A model generated the notes under the pieces. The model ran no database searches. It saw only the letters and a list, made by a program, of their open reading frames with translations, and was not told where the DNA came from. From Oscillospiraceae bacterium (GTDB lineage Bacteria; Bacillota; Clostridia; Oscillospirales; UBA929), in contig WRAI01000005.1 in NCBI GenBank assembly GCA_009780275.1, forward strand, positions 5,241 to 69,240: a DNA stretch of 64,000 nt, given 5' to 3'. The stretch's first letter is position 1. Every line of letters starts with the position of its first letter. The translations under genes and the position numbers were made by a program. Positions 46,647 to 55,535 of this stretch are shown here, piece after piece.

Positions 46647-47957
46647 TTAACCTCGAATATTTCGAAGAATAATATCAATCTCTCTCGCTGTTCTGTCGTC
46701 ATTGTCTTTTTTGTTTTGCACTTGGCTCATTGAATGGGTGATGGTAGAATGGTCACGATTGAAGATTTTTCCGATTTTTGTATTTGAAATATCAATTAAT
46801 GTCTTAACCAAATAAATGGCAATTTGTCGTGCGCTGGCAATGTCAGCACGCTTGCTGGAACTGAGCAATTCGTCTTCTTCTAAATGATAAAAGCGGCACA
46901 CTTCTTTAATGATATGCTCCGGTGTAGGATTTAACCCTGGGTTTTCAGATAACAAGTCTTTAATCGCGCGCCGTGCCGTCTCAATATCAAGTGGTGCATT
47001 CATCAATTGATGATGTGCCATAATTTTTTTAACTGCACCTTCTAATTGTCGAATATTTGCCGTGATGTTTTCAGCAATGTAAAAACTCAAGTCATTTGGC
47101 AGTGGTAACCCAAGTGTTATGGCTTTGCTTTGAATGATGGCGACTCGTGTTTCAAAATCCGGCGGTAAAATATCAACAACTAGTCCTGATTCAAACCGTG
47201 AACGTAGCCTGTCTGTCAGCATGGGAATTTCTTTGGGCGGACGATCGGAGGTAAAGACCAATTTGTTATTGTTCATATACAACTCGTTGAAGGTGTTAAA
47301 AAATTCTTCCATTGCGTAATCTTTACCGCCGATAAACTGAATGTCATCAACAAATAACATGTCAACAAGACGGTATTTTTCACGAAATTCTTTTGTCTTA
47401 TTGGTGCGAATGGCTGATATGATTTCGTTAGTAAAATTCTCAGCCGTTACAGCACAAAGAGTGCTGTCAGGAGTATCGTGTTTAATTTTGTTTATCATGG
47501 CATAGAGTAAATGTGTTTTACCTAAACCAGAATCACCGTAGATAAACAACGGATTGTTGGTAGTATTCGTAACGTTAGTGGTTGCCCAAGCAGCAGCATG
47601 GGCGAACTCGTTAGATTTTCCAACAATAAAGTTATTAAATGAATACTGTTCACTCAAACAATCAGGGTCAAGCTGACTGTCGATGAGCGGCATTTTAATA
47701 ACTTCCATCGCATTGGCGTCGTCGGTAATATGGATGTCAAATGTGCCACCGTACAGTGAATCCATGGCGCGGTGCAATGCCGGCATATACCGCTCTTCGA
47801 TAAACGGGCGTTTGAACGAGGAAGTGTACAATGTCAAAGCATTGGGGGCGAAAGATACGACTTGTGTATCATCAAACCAAGTTTTCATGCTTTGCGGTGT
47901 CAATTCAGTTGCCAAATGCTCGTAAATTAGTTTCCATAATTGGTGCTTATCTTCCAT
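46647..47957 (-). CDS. dnaA: Chromosomal replication initiator protein DnaA
   Basis: 436 aa. Walker A IYGDSGLGKTHLL. ...FVDDIQFIGGKD.... C-terminal DNA-binding ...IASARQIAIYLVKTLIDISNTKIGKIFNRDHSTITHS. Confidence 0.97.
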   Translation of the reverse strand: MEDKHQLWKLIYEHLATELTPQSMKTWFDDTQVVSFAPNALTLYTSSFKRPFIEERYMPALHRAMDSLYGGTFDIHITDDANAMEVIKMPLIDSQLDPDCLSEQYSFNNFIVGKSNEFAHAAAWATTNVTNTTNNPLFIYGDSGLGKTHLLYAMINKIKHDTPDSTLCAVTAENFTNEIISAIRTNKTKEFREKYRLVDMLFVDDIQFIGGKDYAMEEFFNTFNELYMNNNKLVFTSDRPPKEIPMLTDRLRSRFESGLVVDILPPDFETRVAIIQSKAITLGLPLPNDLSFYIAENITANIRQLEGAVKKIMAHHQLMNAPLDIETARRAIKDLLSENPGLNPTPEHIIKEVCRFYHLEEDELLSSSKRADIASARQIAIYLVKTLIDISNTKIGKIFNRDHSTITHSMSQVQNKKDNDDRTAREIDIILRNIRG

Positions 47958-48002
47958 GTCTGTATACCCTCATTTCAATTGACTCATTATATCATAAACG
48001 CA

Positions 48003-48047
48003 AGAAAAAGGCAAGCAGGGAACAACTAATATATCGTTCCCTGCCTG
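48003..48047 (-). terminator. Rho-independent terminator after serS
   Basis: Minus-strand RNA reads CAGGCAGGGAAC-(12 nt)-GTTCCCTGCTTGCC followed by TTTTTCTT. Confidence 0.65.
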
Positions 48048-48061
48048 TAAAGTTTTGCATC

Positions 48062-49303
48062 CTACGAAATGACCTCTTGGCCGCCTAAATAAGGGCGTAA
48101 TGCGACAGGGATATAGATGCTGCCGTCTTCGTGTTGATGATTTTCTAGCAACGGAATTAGTATTCGCGGTGTCGCAATGCCCGTATTGTTGAGAGTCCAA
48201 CAATATTGTGTATTGCTGTCGATATCACGATATCGAATATTTGATCGCCGCGCTTGAAAATCGCCCATTGTTGAGCAGGAATGCGTTTCGCAATAAGCCT
48301 CACGACTAGGCATCCAAGTCTCAACTTCATGTTTTTTAATCTGTCCTAAGCCAATTTCACCCGTACAGGCTAACGATACACGATATGGCAACTCTAAAGC
48401 TTGCAAAATGGTCTCAGTATTGCCTAATATTTCATGATGCAAATCGTCGGCCATATCGGGTGTGCAAAAGACGACCTGTTCAACTTTTTGAAACTGATGT
48501 ACGCGATACAATCCACGTGTATCTTTGCCGTATGTTCCCGCTTCACGACGAAAGCAAGTGGATTGTCCGGTGTAACGTAATGGCAATTTTTGTCTTTCTA
48601 AAATTTCATTACTATGGTAGCTGACCAAAGCTACTTCTGACGTACCGACAAGATATAACTCATCTTCGCCGACGTAATATGCCGATTCACGTCCGATGGG
48701 GAAATATCCGGTACCTGCCATGGCATGTTCTTTGACGAGTACCGGCACGGACATGGGCGTGAACCCTTTATTACACAGCACATCAAGGGTCATCCTCAAG
48801 ATGGCTGATTCAAGTAATGTACCCATATTTTTTAGAAAGTATGAACGACTACCCGCACATTTAACGCCGCGCGGAATATCCATCATATCGTGCAAATCAC
48901 ACAACTCAACATGGTCACGCGGTGCAAAGTCAAACTGTGGGATATCGCCGACACGGCGTACTTCAACATTGCCCTCTTCACCTTTACCGATGGGGACATC
49001 AGGTAAAGGAACAGACGGTACAGTCAACATCAGCGCATCAAATTCAGCCTTTAATTCACCTATAGCTATTTCCAATGTGGAGAGCTCGGGCTTGATGGCG
49101 CGTACACGCGCAATCCCCGTTTCATCGGGCTTGCCTTTAGATAATGTGTTGCGCTCGGCGCGTAGCTTTTCAATTTGTGCCGTTTTATCACGTAGTTGTG
49201 TGTCCAAGTCGAGCAAACGATCGATATCAACCGGAAAATTTTTATCAGCTGCCGCTTGTTTACAGACGATTGGATTGTTACGAATAAAATTGATATCAAG
49301 CAT
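48062..49303 (-). CDS. serS: Serine--tRNA ligase
   Basis: MLDINFIRNNP... is the N-terminal coiled-coil arm. Class II motifs ...FRREAGTYGKDTRGLYRVHQFQKVE... The start overlaps the upstream stop (TAATG). Confidence 0.93.
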   Translation of the reverse strand: MLDINFIRNNPIVCKQAAADKNFPVDIDRLLDLDTQLRDKTAQIEKLRAERNTLSKGKPDETGIARVRAIKPELSTLEIAIGELKAEFDALMLTVPSVPLPDVPIGKGEEGNVEVRRVGDIPQFDFAPRDHVELCDLHDMMDIPRGVKCAGSRSYFLKNMGTLLESAILRMTLDVLCNKGFTPMSVPVLVKEHAMAGTGYFPIGRESAYYVGEDELYLVGTSEVALVSYHSNEILERQKLPLRYTGQSTCFRREAGTYGKDTRGLYRVHQFQKVEQVVFCTPDMADDLHHEILGNTETILQALELPYRVSLACTGEIGLGQIKKHEVETWMPSREAYCETHSCSTMGDFQARRSNIRYRDIDSNTQYCWTLNNTGIATPRILIPLLENHQHEDGSIYIPVALRPYLGGQEVIS

Positions 49304-49764
49304 TATTCTTCACCCTCCGATGCTAATAAAGATTCCAATTCGGTTACGCGTTGACGTAGCTGCCGTAATTCTGACATGTAATTTTCATTTACTGTGCGAA
49401 AGGCCTCAATTTCGCCTTCTAATCGCTCAATGTCATCTTGTAGTGACTCCCTTTCCATACGTAAGGCATTGCGCTCTTCGCGCAGCGCCGCATATCGCGC
49501 ATCCATAGCGCTTAATTCATTGAGTAAAGTGTCACGCTCTTGCTCTAACATCGCGATATCTTCGCCAGCTTCAAAAAGTAAACGGTCCGTACTTATATTA
49601 TGCGTGGCAAAGAGCGACGTAACAAGAAATATAGTTGAAACAGAGAACAATAACAATATATAAATGGCCAGAAATCGCAAATTTCTCTTTGGATTCTTAA
49701 CCTTTATAGTGGATTCATTTGTCTCAGAAGTGTCGTGCTTCACATTTTTTTCGTCCATAATCAT
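49303..49764 (-). CDS. Membrane-anchored coiled-coil protein of unknown function
   Basis: One transmembrane segment (FLAIYILLLFSVSTIFLVTSLF), then heptad-like LEQERDTLLNELSAMDARYAALREERNALRMERESLQDDIERLEGEIEAF. ATGA overlap with the parB stop. Confidence 0.65.
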   Translation of the reverse strand: MIMDEKNVKHDTSETNESTIKVKNPKRNLRFLAIYILLLFSVSTIFLVTSLFATHNISTDRLLFEAGEDIAMLEQERDTLLNELSAMDARYAALREERNALRMERESLQDDIERLEGEIEAFRTVNENYMSELRQLRQRVTELESLLASEGEE

Positions 49765-50624
49765 GCATCCTTCCTTTTCGACAACTGCATCAACAACGCG
49801 TCTAAATCGTCAAGGCCATAATATTCCAATTCGACTTTGCCTTTGCGTGCGCTGTGGGTGATTTTGACTTTGCGCCCGAGTGACGAGCTCAATTGTTGCT
49901 GTAACGCCGTGATATTGGCGTCGGGCGTTTTGGCGCGAGAGGTGATATCTTTGCCGTCAGTCATTTTTTTGACTAGTGCCTCAGCTTGTCTTACTGACAA
50001 TTTGCCCGACAAAATGGACTCAGCCGCCTTTTCTTGTAACGCTACTGTGGATAACGACAACAGTGCCCGCGCATGTCCGGCGGTAAGGTTTTCATTATGC
50101 AGTAGTATCTGCACCGACTCTGGCAAGGATAGCAACCGCAAGGCATTGGCGATTGTCGGGCGCGATTTACCGACGCGTAACGCCGTCTCTTCTTGTGTCA
50201 ACCCGTAGTCGTTGATCAACTGGCGAAAACCTTGCGCTTCCTCCAATGGCGCAAGATCTTCGCGCTGTAAATTATGAATCAGGGCCATCTCGGCAGCCAA
50301 TCGATCATCTGCCTCAAAGATACGTACCGGAACTTGTGTTAAATTGGCCAAGCGAGCCGCCCGCCAGCGCCGTTCACCGTCGATAATTTGATAATAGCCA
50401 CTGGGCAATCGCCGCACAGTAATAGGCGATAGCACGCCGTGTGTTTTTAGGCTTTCAGCCAGTTCAGCGAGTGCCTTTTCATCAAAATGTTTGCGTGGCT
50501 GGTCGATGTTGGGTTCAATTTCGGCAACGCGTAGCGTCAAATCGCCCTGTTCTGCACCATGCAATGCTTCGTCGCCAATTAGCGCACCTAAACCGCGGCC
50601 GAGGCCTGTGGACTGTTTTTTCAT
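49761..50624 (-). CDS. parB: Chromosome partitioning protein ParB/Spo0J
   Basis: GLGRGLGALI...IEPNIDQPRKHFDEKALAELAESLKTHGVLSPITVR...IIDGERRWRAARLA. Confidence 0.92.
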   Translation of the reverse strand: MKKQSTGLGRGLGALIGDEALHGAEQGDLTLRVAEIEPNIDQPRKHFDEKALAELAESLKTHGVLSPITVRRLPSGYYQIIDGERRWRAARLANLTQVPVRIFEADDRLAAEMALIHNLQREDLAPLEEAQGFRQLINDYGLTQEETALRVGKSRPTIANALRLLSLPESVQILLHNENLTAGHARALLSLSTVALQEKAAESILSGKLSVRQAEALVKKMTDGKDITSRAKTPDANITALQQQLSSSLGRKVKITHSARKGKVELEYYGLDDLDALLMQLSKRKDA

Positions 50625-50687
50625 AATTTTATTCCTCGTGAAACTTGATTTCGCGAGGACCCCTTTCTTGATTTTGTCTGGCGATCA

Positions 50688-51440
50688 TTATTTCTTAGTG
50701 ACGATCTCCTGGACCAACTCACCATATGCAATTGCGCCGCGTGACAACTTGTCGTAACCGAAGATTGGCAGCCCGTGACTGGGCGATTCTGACAAGCGTA
50801 CATTTCGCGGAATAACGGTTTTATATACTTTGCCGGGAAAGTGCCGCTTGACCTCATCGGCGACTTGCGACGACAAGTTTGTGCGGTTGTCAAACATCGT
50901 TAACACAACACCTTGCAAGGACAACGTGGGATTCAATCGTTGCTTAACCAACCGAATGGTGTGTGTCAAATTACTCAGTCCTTCCAACGCGTAATACTCG
51001 CATTGAACCGGTACAAGCACAGCGTTGCTAGCGCACAAAGCATTTAATGTCAATAGCCCAATTGATGGCGGACAGTCGATGATAATGTAGTCATATAATA
51101 AATGCAGCGGCCGTAGAGCGCGACGCAAACAAAACTCACGCTCTTCTGCGCCAATCAGTTCTAATTCTGCGCCTGCCAATGCCTTGTTTGAGGGCAACAA
51201 ATCACCCCAAGGCGTTGATACGACGGCTTTAGAAGCGTCAACTTCATTAATGAGCACGTCGTAAATATGCGGCGATGAGCCCCTATCCACGCCGAAACCG
51301 GACGTGGCGTTTGCCTGTGGATCAAAATCAACAAGCAACGTGCGCTTATTTGCACAGTATAACCCCGCTGCAATATTGATAGAGGATGTCGTCTTGCCGA
51401 CGCCGCCTTTTTGATTGACTATGGCGATGATATGAGCCAT
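50688..51440 (-). CDS. parA: Chromosome partitioning ATPase ParA/Soj
   Basis: MAHIIAIVNQKGGVGKTTSSINIAAGL is the deviant Walker A. The tracked ORF extends upstream to 51575, but that extension is only read-through of the parS sites. Confidence 0.92.
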   Translation of the reverse strand: MAHIIAIVNQKGGVGKTTSSINIAAGLYCANKRTLLVDFDPQANATSGFGVDRGSSPHIYDVLINEVDASKAVVSTPWGDLLPSNKALAGAELELIGAEEREFCLRRALRPLHLLYDYIIIDCPPSIGLLTLNALCASNAVLVPVQCEYYALEGLSNLTHTIRLVKQRLNPTLSLQGVVLTMFDNRTNLSSQVADEVKRHFPGKVYKTVIPRNVRLSESPSHGLPIFGYDKLSRGAIAYGELVQEIVTKK

Positions 51441-51518
51441 ATGTGAATGTGCCTCCGTGTGTAAAATTTCTAACTTGGCTATCATATCATGTCGCGCACA
51501 AAAAAGCAAGCATAAAAA

Positions 51519-51534
51519 TGTTTCACGTGAAACA
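51519..51534. promoter_or_regulatory. parS: parS centromere-like site (perfect 16-bp palindrome)
   Basis: TGTTTCACGTGAAACA, compared with the Firmicutes consensus TGTTNCACGTGAAACA. Confidence 0.85.
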
Positions 51535-51558
51535 TTTGCGGCGGATAGCGCCTGCCAA

Positions 51559-51574
51559 CGTTTCACGTGAAACA
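51559..51574. promoter_or_regulatory. parS: parS centromere-like site (second copy)
   Basis: CGTTTCACGTGAAACA. The 14-bp core GTTTCACGTGAAAC is identical to the first site, 40 bp away. Confidence 0.8.
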
Positions 51575-51608
51575 AGTCAATTTGACAAAGTCGTGAAAAA
51601 GCAATCCC

Positions 51609-52424
51609 CTATAATTTGCTCTCACCTTTCGGGATTCGCACGGTCATCACAAAATCAGCGTCGGTATCGTCACGGTGGATATCGGCGGCCACACCGGCAG
51701 CGCGCATCATTGACAATGCGCGGTCAATGGTATTAAAAAACAGCCGCACATCTTTAATCAGCACAAGAGGCTTTCGTTGCGTCGGTTCGGACTTCTGCTG
51801 GAAAAGGCGGTCGATATACCGTTCAGCTTGTGCCACATTCCAATCGTTTTCAATGATGGTAATAAGAACGGCCTTGCGCTGAACAACATCTTCAAGGCGC
51901 AGCAATGCCCGTGCGTGACGTTCGGTCAAGTTATGCTCACGGAGGAGTGCCACCACATCGGGCGGATGGCGCAGCAACCGTAATTTATTGGCCACCGCTG
52001 ACTGTGATTTGCCCAATCGCAGCGCGGCCTGTTCTTGCGATAGTCCATAACTTTCAATAAGAAAGGCAATGCCCTTAGCTTCCTCGAAAAAATCCAAATC
52101 GCGGCGTTGTAAATTTTCAATCAGAGCCAACAGCGGGGAATCGCTATCTTTGATGTCGACCAGCAGGCACGGCACTTTTTTTAAACCGGCCAGCCGCGCG
52201 CCGCGCAATCGCCGCTCACCGGAAACTAATTCGTAGCGATGAGAAAGCCGCCGCACGGACAGCGGTTGAATGATACCGAATTGATGGATACTATCAGCAA
52301 GCTCGCGCAGAGCCGTCATGTCAAACACACGGCGCGGTTGCGAAGGATTGGGAGCAATGTGGTCAATGGGAATAAAATGTACTTTAGGGCTGTCAAGCAA
52401 ACTTTTCTTAAAAATCGGTTGCAT
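51609..52424 (-). CDS. noc: ParB-family protein, Noc-like (second ParB paralogue upstream of parA)
   Basis: IDHIAPNPSQPRRVFDMTALRELADSIHQFGIIQPLSVR...LVSGERRLRGARLAG. AGGAGG RBS before ATG 52424. The Noc versus ParB assignment rests on position only. Confidence 0.75.
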   Translation of the reverse strand: MQPIFKKSLLDSPKVHFIPIDHIAPNPSQPRRVFDMTALRELADSIHQFGIIQPLSVRRLSHRYELVSGERRLRGARLAGLKKVPCLLVDIKDSDSPLLALIENLQRRDLDFFEEAKGIAFLIESYGLSQEQAALRLGKSQSAVANKLRLLRHPPDVVALLREHNLTERHARALLRLEDVVQRKAVLITIIENDWNVAQAERYIDRLFQQKSEPTQRKPLVLIKDVRLFFNTIDRALSMMRAAGVAADIHRDDTDADFVMTVRIPKGESKL

Positions 52425-52565
52425 ACCGTACCTCCTATGTATAGACAAGCATAGTATACTGCAAGGGTTTTCATAAACCTTGAAAATGTTGTCGAACGTT
52501 TGTGTCGATTTATAGGAAGTTTTGATGAGGTAAGCTTTACATTACCGCATCAAATTGAAGTAACA

Positions 52566-52602
52566 GAGCAAAAAACCGCTCAATTACGGGCGGTTTTTGC
52601 TC
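52566..52602 (-). terminator. Rho-independent terminator after the DUF378 gene
   Basis: Minus-strand RNA reads CCGCCCGTAATTGAGCGG followed by TTTTTTGCTC. The stem is extended by A/T pairs. Confidence 0.6.
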
Positions 52603-52631
52603 TGCTGTCAGAGTTTGCTATACAGCAAACT

Positions 52632-52835
52632 CTATTCTTCCAACATCCTCGTGCGTTCGCGAAATAGCAGCGAAATGGTCCACACACCGGCTAATGCAAT
52701 AATGGCATATACAATACGACTGATGGTGGCGGTTTGTCCGCCGAATAGCGCAGCAATCAGGTCATATCGAAACAGGCCAATACTGCCCCAGTTGAGTGCG
52801 CCGATGATGCTGAGTGTTAAGGCCAATCTATCCAT
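52632..52835 (-). CDS. DUF378 small membrane protein
   Basis: MDRLALTLSIIGALNWGSIGLFRYDLIAALFGG. AAAGGAG RBS before ATG 52835. Confidence 0.8.
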   Translation of the reverse strand: MDRLALTLSIIGALNWGSIGLFRYDLIAALFGGQTATISRIVYAIIALAGVWTISLLFRERTRMLEE

Positions 52836-52997
52836 AGGGAAATTTACTCCTTTCCTGGTTATGCTGAAAAAAGAAATGCATTCTAACACTTCGTTTCTTA
52901 GTACAGGTTGGGGATAAGTTGATTCAAAATTTATTTAGCCCGTGAGTTAGTATCAGCCGAATAGATTAAACTATGCAAAAAAAAATGATTTTCAAAT

Positions 52998-53026
52998 TTG
53001 CAATTTTTGCTGTGAAATGATATACT
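52998..53026 (+). promoter_or_regulatory. Extended -10 promoter of the alpha-glucosidase gene
   Basis: TTGCAA (52998-53003), 17-nt spacer, TGATATACT (53018-53026). Confidence 0.55.
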
Positions 53027-53065
53027 GAGCAATACAATGAACGTTAACACTTTTGGGAGGCTCAC

Positions 53066-54739
53066 ATGAAAAATAAAACCTGGTGGCATGATAAAATTGC
53101 CTATCAAATCTATCCACGCAGCTTTTACGATGCCAATGGCGACGGTACCGGCGACATCAAAGGCATTACGGCAAAGCTTGATTATATTAAGAGCTTGGGT
53201 ATCGACATCGTGTGGATTTGCCCGTTCTATAAGTCGCCGATGGACGATGGCGGCTACGATATCAGCGACTACTACGACATCGACCCAATTTTTGGTTGCA
53301 AAGAAGATGTTGATGAGCTGCTTGAAGAGGCCGGCAAGCGTGGCATTAAAATTTTGATGGACTTAGTGCTCAATCATTGCAGTGATGAGCATGAGTGGTT
53401 TCAAAAAGCCCTTGCTAACCCGACTTGCGAAGAAGCAGATTACTTCTGGTTTCGCACGACGACCGACGGCAAGCCGCCCAATAACTGGCGTTCAATGTTT
53501 GGCGGTTCGGCATGGGAACACGTTGGCGGCGGGCGGTATTACTTACATTTATTTAGCAAAAAACAGCCCGACTTAAACTGGGAAAATCCCAAACTGCGCC
53601 AAAAACTATATGACATGATTAATTACTGGCTCGACAAAGGTCTCGGTGGCTTCCGCATTGATGCGATCACACACATCAAAAAAGAGCCGATGTTGGCATC
53701 CTTGCCACCTGACGGCGATGATGGTTTAGTCGATTGCTATATTCCCACACGCAACTACCCCGGCATTGGCGACTATCTGCTCGACATGCGGCGTAATACG
53801 TTTGACAAATATGAATGCATGACAGTTGCCGAGGCGGCGGGCGTGCCATATGAAGATTTAGTAGATTATATTGGAGCCAACGGTTACTTTGATACGTTGT
53901 TTGATTTCAGTTATTCCGAGCTATACCACTACGGACACGCGTGGCATACCTGCAAAAAAGCCGGTGAATGGCCAATTTCGTTGCTGCGTGACAAGATGTT
54001 CGCCTCACAAATCGAAACGGCGAAAATTGGCATGGGTGCGGTGTATTTTGAGAACCACGACTACCCACGGGCATCGGCGAAGTTTATTCCCGAGCAATAT
54101 CGTTGCGCCACGGCCGACAAAATGCTGGGTACTTGCTTTTTCTTCCTGCGCGGCATTCCGTTCATCTATCAGGGGCAGGAAATCGGCATGACCAACGTGC
54201 GTATGCCGTCGATAGACGACTACAACGATATCAGCACGAAAAACCATTACGCCCTTGCCATCGCCGACGGCCTTACGCCGGAAGAGGCCATTGATGCCGT
54301 GTCGATTTACAGCCGCGATAACGGCCGTGTGCCGTTTAGCTGGGATGATTCGCCTAACGGCGGTTTTACTGCAGGTACGCCGTGGTTAGCCACACATCCC
54401 AAGTACAAAGAAATCAACGCGGCGAAAGAGATGGCGGATAAAAACTCGGTCTACTGGCATTATCGTGCCATGATCGACTTACGTAAAAATCCGGTCTATA
54501 AAGATACCTTTGTCAATGGCGGACTTACACCGATTTTATTGGCGTATGACCAAATTATCGCTTATAAGCGTGGTGAGAATATTGCGGTGATTTGTAATTT
54601 CAGCCACGAGGAGCAAGTGGTAAAGCTGCCTTTTAATGCTCGGCGATTACTGCTGAACAATTATGAGAATTTTGTGACGCATGATATTGGTGAGGATGTG
54701 GTGCTTGCGCCGTACCAGGCAGTGGTCTTGGAAGTGTAG
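53066..54739 (+). CDS. GH13 alpha-glucosidase / oligo-1,6-glucosidase
   Basis: WWHDKIAYQIYPRSFYDANGDGTGDIKGI...DLVLNHCSDEH...GGFRIDAITHI...YFENHDYPR, which are GH13 conserved regions I-IV. Confidence 0.9.
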   Translation: MKNKTWWHDKIAYQIYPRSFYDANGDGTGDIKGITAKLDYIKSLGIDIVWICPFYKSPMDDGGYDISDYYDIDPIFGCKEDVDELLEEAGKRGIKILMDLVLNHCSDEHEWFQKALANPTCEEADYFWFRTTTDGKPPNNWRSMFGGSAWEHVGGGRYYLHLFSKKQPDLNWENPKLRQKLYDMINYWLDKGLGGFRIDAITHIKKEPMLASLPPDGDDGLVDCYIPTRNYPGIGDYLLDMRRNTFDKYECMTVAEAAGVPYEDLVDYIGANGYFDTLFDFSYSELYHYGHAWHTCKKAGEWPISLLRDKMFASQIETAKIGMGAVYFENHDYPRASAKFIPEQYRCATADKMLGTCFFFLRGIPFIYQGQEIGMTNVRMPSIDDYNDISTKNHYALAIADGLTPEEAIDAVSIYSRDNGRVPFSWDDSPNGGFTAGTPWLATHPKYKEINAAKEMADKNSVYWHYRAMIDLRKNPVYKDTFVNGGLTPILLAYDQIIAYKRGENIAVICNFSHEEQVVKLPFNARRLLLNNYENFVTHDIGEDVVLAPYQAVVLEV

Positions 54740-54743
54740 GGTT

Positions 54744-54772
54744 AAAAAAAGGACGGCATCGCCGTCCTTTTT
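54744..54772 (+). terminator. Rho-independent terminator
   Basis: AAAAAAAGGACGGC-ATC-GCCGTCCTTTTT. Confidence 0.8.
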
Positions 54773-54863
54773 GCTATGTCTTCTCGCGTTTCACTATGTT
54801 TAGCGAGGCCGATGACTTCGTAGCAGTTGCCTTTGTAGGGCGATAGATGCCTAACTCATCGCG

Positions 54864-55535
54864 CTAGACAACATACTCTCCGTCATAGGCCACCAATGCC
54901 GCGTGGTTAACACCATCAAGTTCGTTCAGTTCGTTAACGAGCGAACCCTCTTTATCAATCAACGTGACTTCATAAGTCAGCTCAATGCCTTTAGCGGTAA
55001 CGCTGCGCGAGCGCAGCTTGTTGCGCTTGGTGGCTTTGTTCATGGCGGCCAGCGCAGCTTTGGCAGCCTGATCGTCATCACAGCCGACAACGAGCAGATA
55101 GCTGAGCCCGCCCATGGGCAGTAGGTTCAACACAAGCAGCACCACGGCGACGGCGATGCTGCCGATAAACGCCAAGCGGTACATGCCGGCACCCATACAC
55201 AAACCGGCGGCAATTGACCAGAACAGGAAGAGCAAGTCAATGGGATCTTTGATCGCGGTACGAAAACGTACGATAGATAATGCACCGACCATGCCGAGCG
55301 ACAACGCCGGACTGTTGCCAATCGCCATAACCACCATGGCTACGACAACGGACATCGCCGACATCGTAATGTTAAAATTGCGGCTGTATAACACCGCGCG
55401 ACTGCTGATGCGGTAGACAAAGAAGATGTAGATAGACAACGCAAAAGTCAGTAGCAACGTCGTAACGATTTGTCCTGCCCCGATGTCATTGTCGAAGCCG
55501 ACGGCCAGCATGTCGAAAAAGCCTTGCAAGTTCAT
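54864..55535 (-). CDS. DUF4956 membrane protein
   Basis: ...GMVGALSIVRFRTAIKDPIDLLFLFWSIAAGLCMGAG... ATG at 55535 overlaps the upstream stop (ATGA). Confidence 0.75.
   Translation of the reverse strand: MNLQGFFDMLAVGFDNDIGAGQIVTTLLLTFALSIYIFFVYRISSRAVLYSRNFNITMSAMSVVVAMVVMAIGNSPALSLGMVGALSIVRFRTAIKDPIDLLFLFWSIAAGLCMGAGMYRLAFIGSIAVAVVLLVLNLLPMGGLSYLLVVGCDDDQAAKAALAAMNKATKRNKLRSRSVTAKGIELTYEVTLIDKEGSLVNELNELDGVNHAALVAYDGEYVV

Noticed and set aside
47958-48061. A second DnaA-box cluster upstream of dnaA (bipartite oriC)
   Set aside because: No TTATCCACA-like sequence with two or fewer mismatches is visible. The spacer is filled by the serS terminator and the dnaA promoter/RBS.
48696-49508. 270-aa + strand ORF
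   Set aside because: It is antisense to serS and the coiled-coil gene. It is a Ser-rich shadow frame.
51441-51575. N-terminal 45-aa extension of parA in the ORF track (MFHVKRWQALSAANVSRETF...)
   Set aside because: FHVK and VSRET are simply the translation of the two parS palindromes. The conserved ParA N-terminus starts at MAHIIAIVNQKGGVGKT (ATG 51440).
53030-53050. cre/LacI-type operator upstream of the alpha-glucosidase gene (TGAACGTTAACA)
   Set aside because: Only the central AACGTT is palindromic. The flanks do not match the 14-nt cre consensus TGWAANCGNTNWCA, so this is too weak to call.
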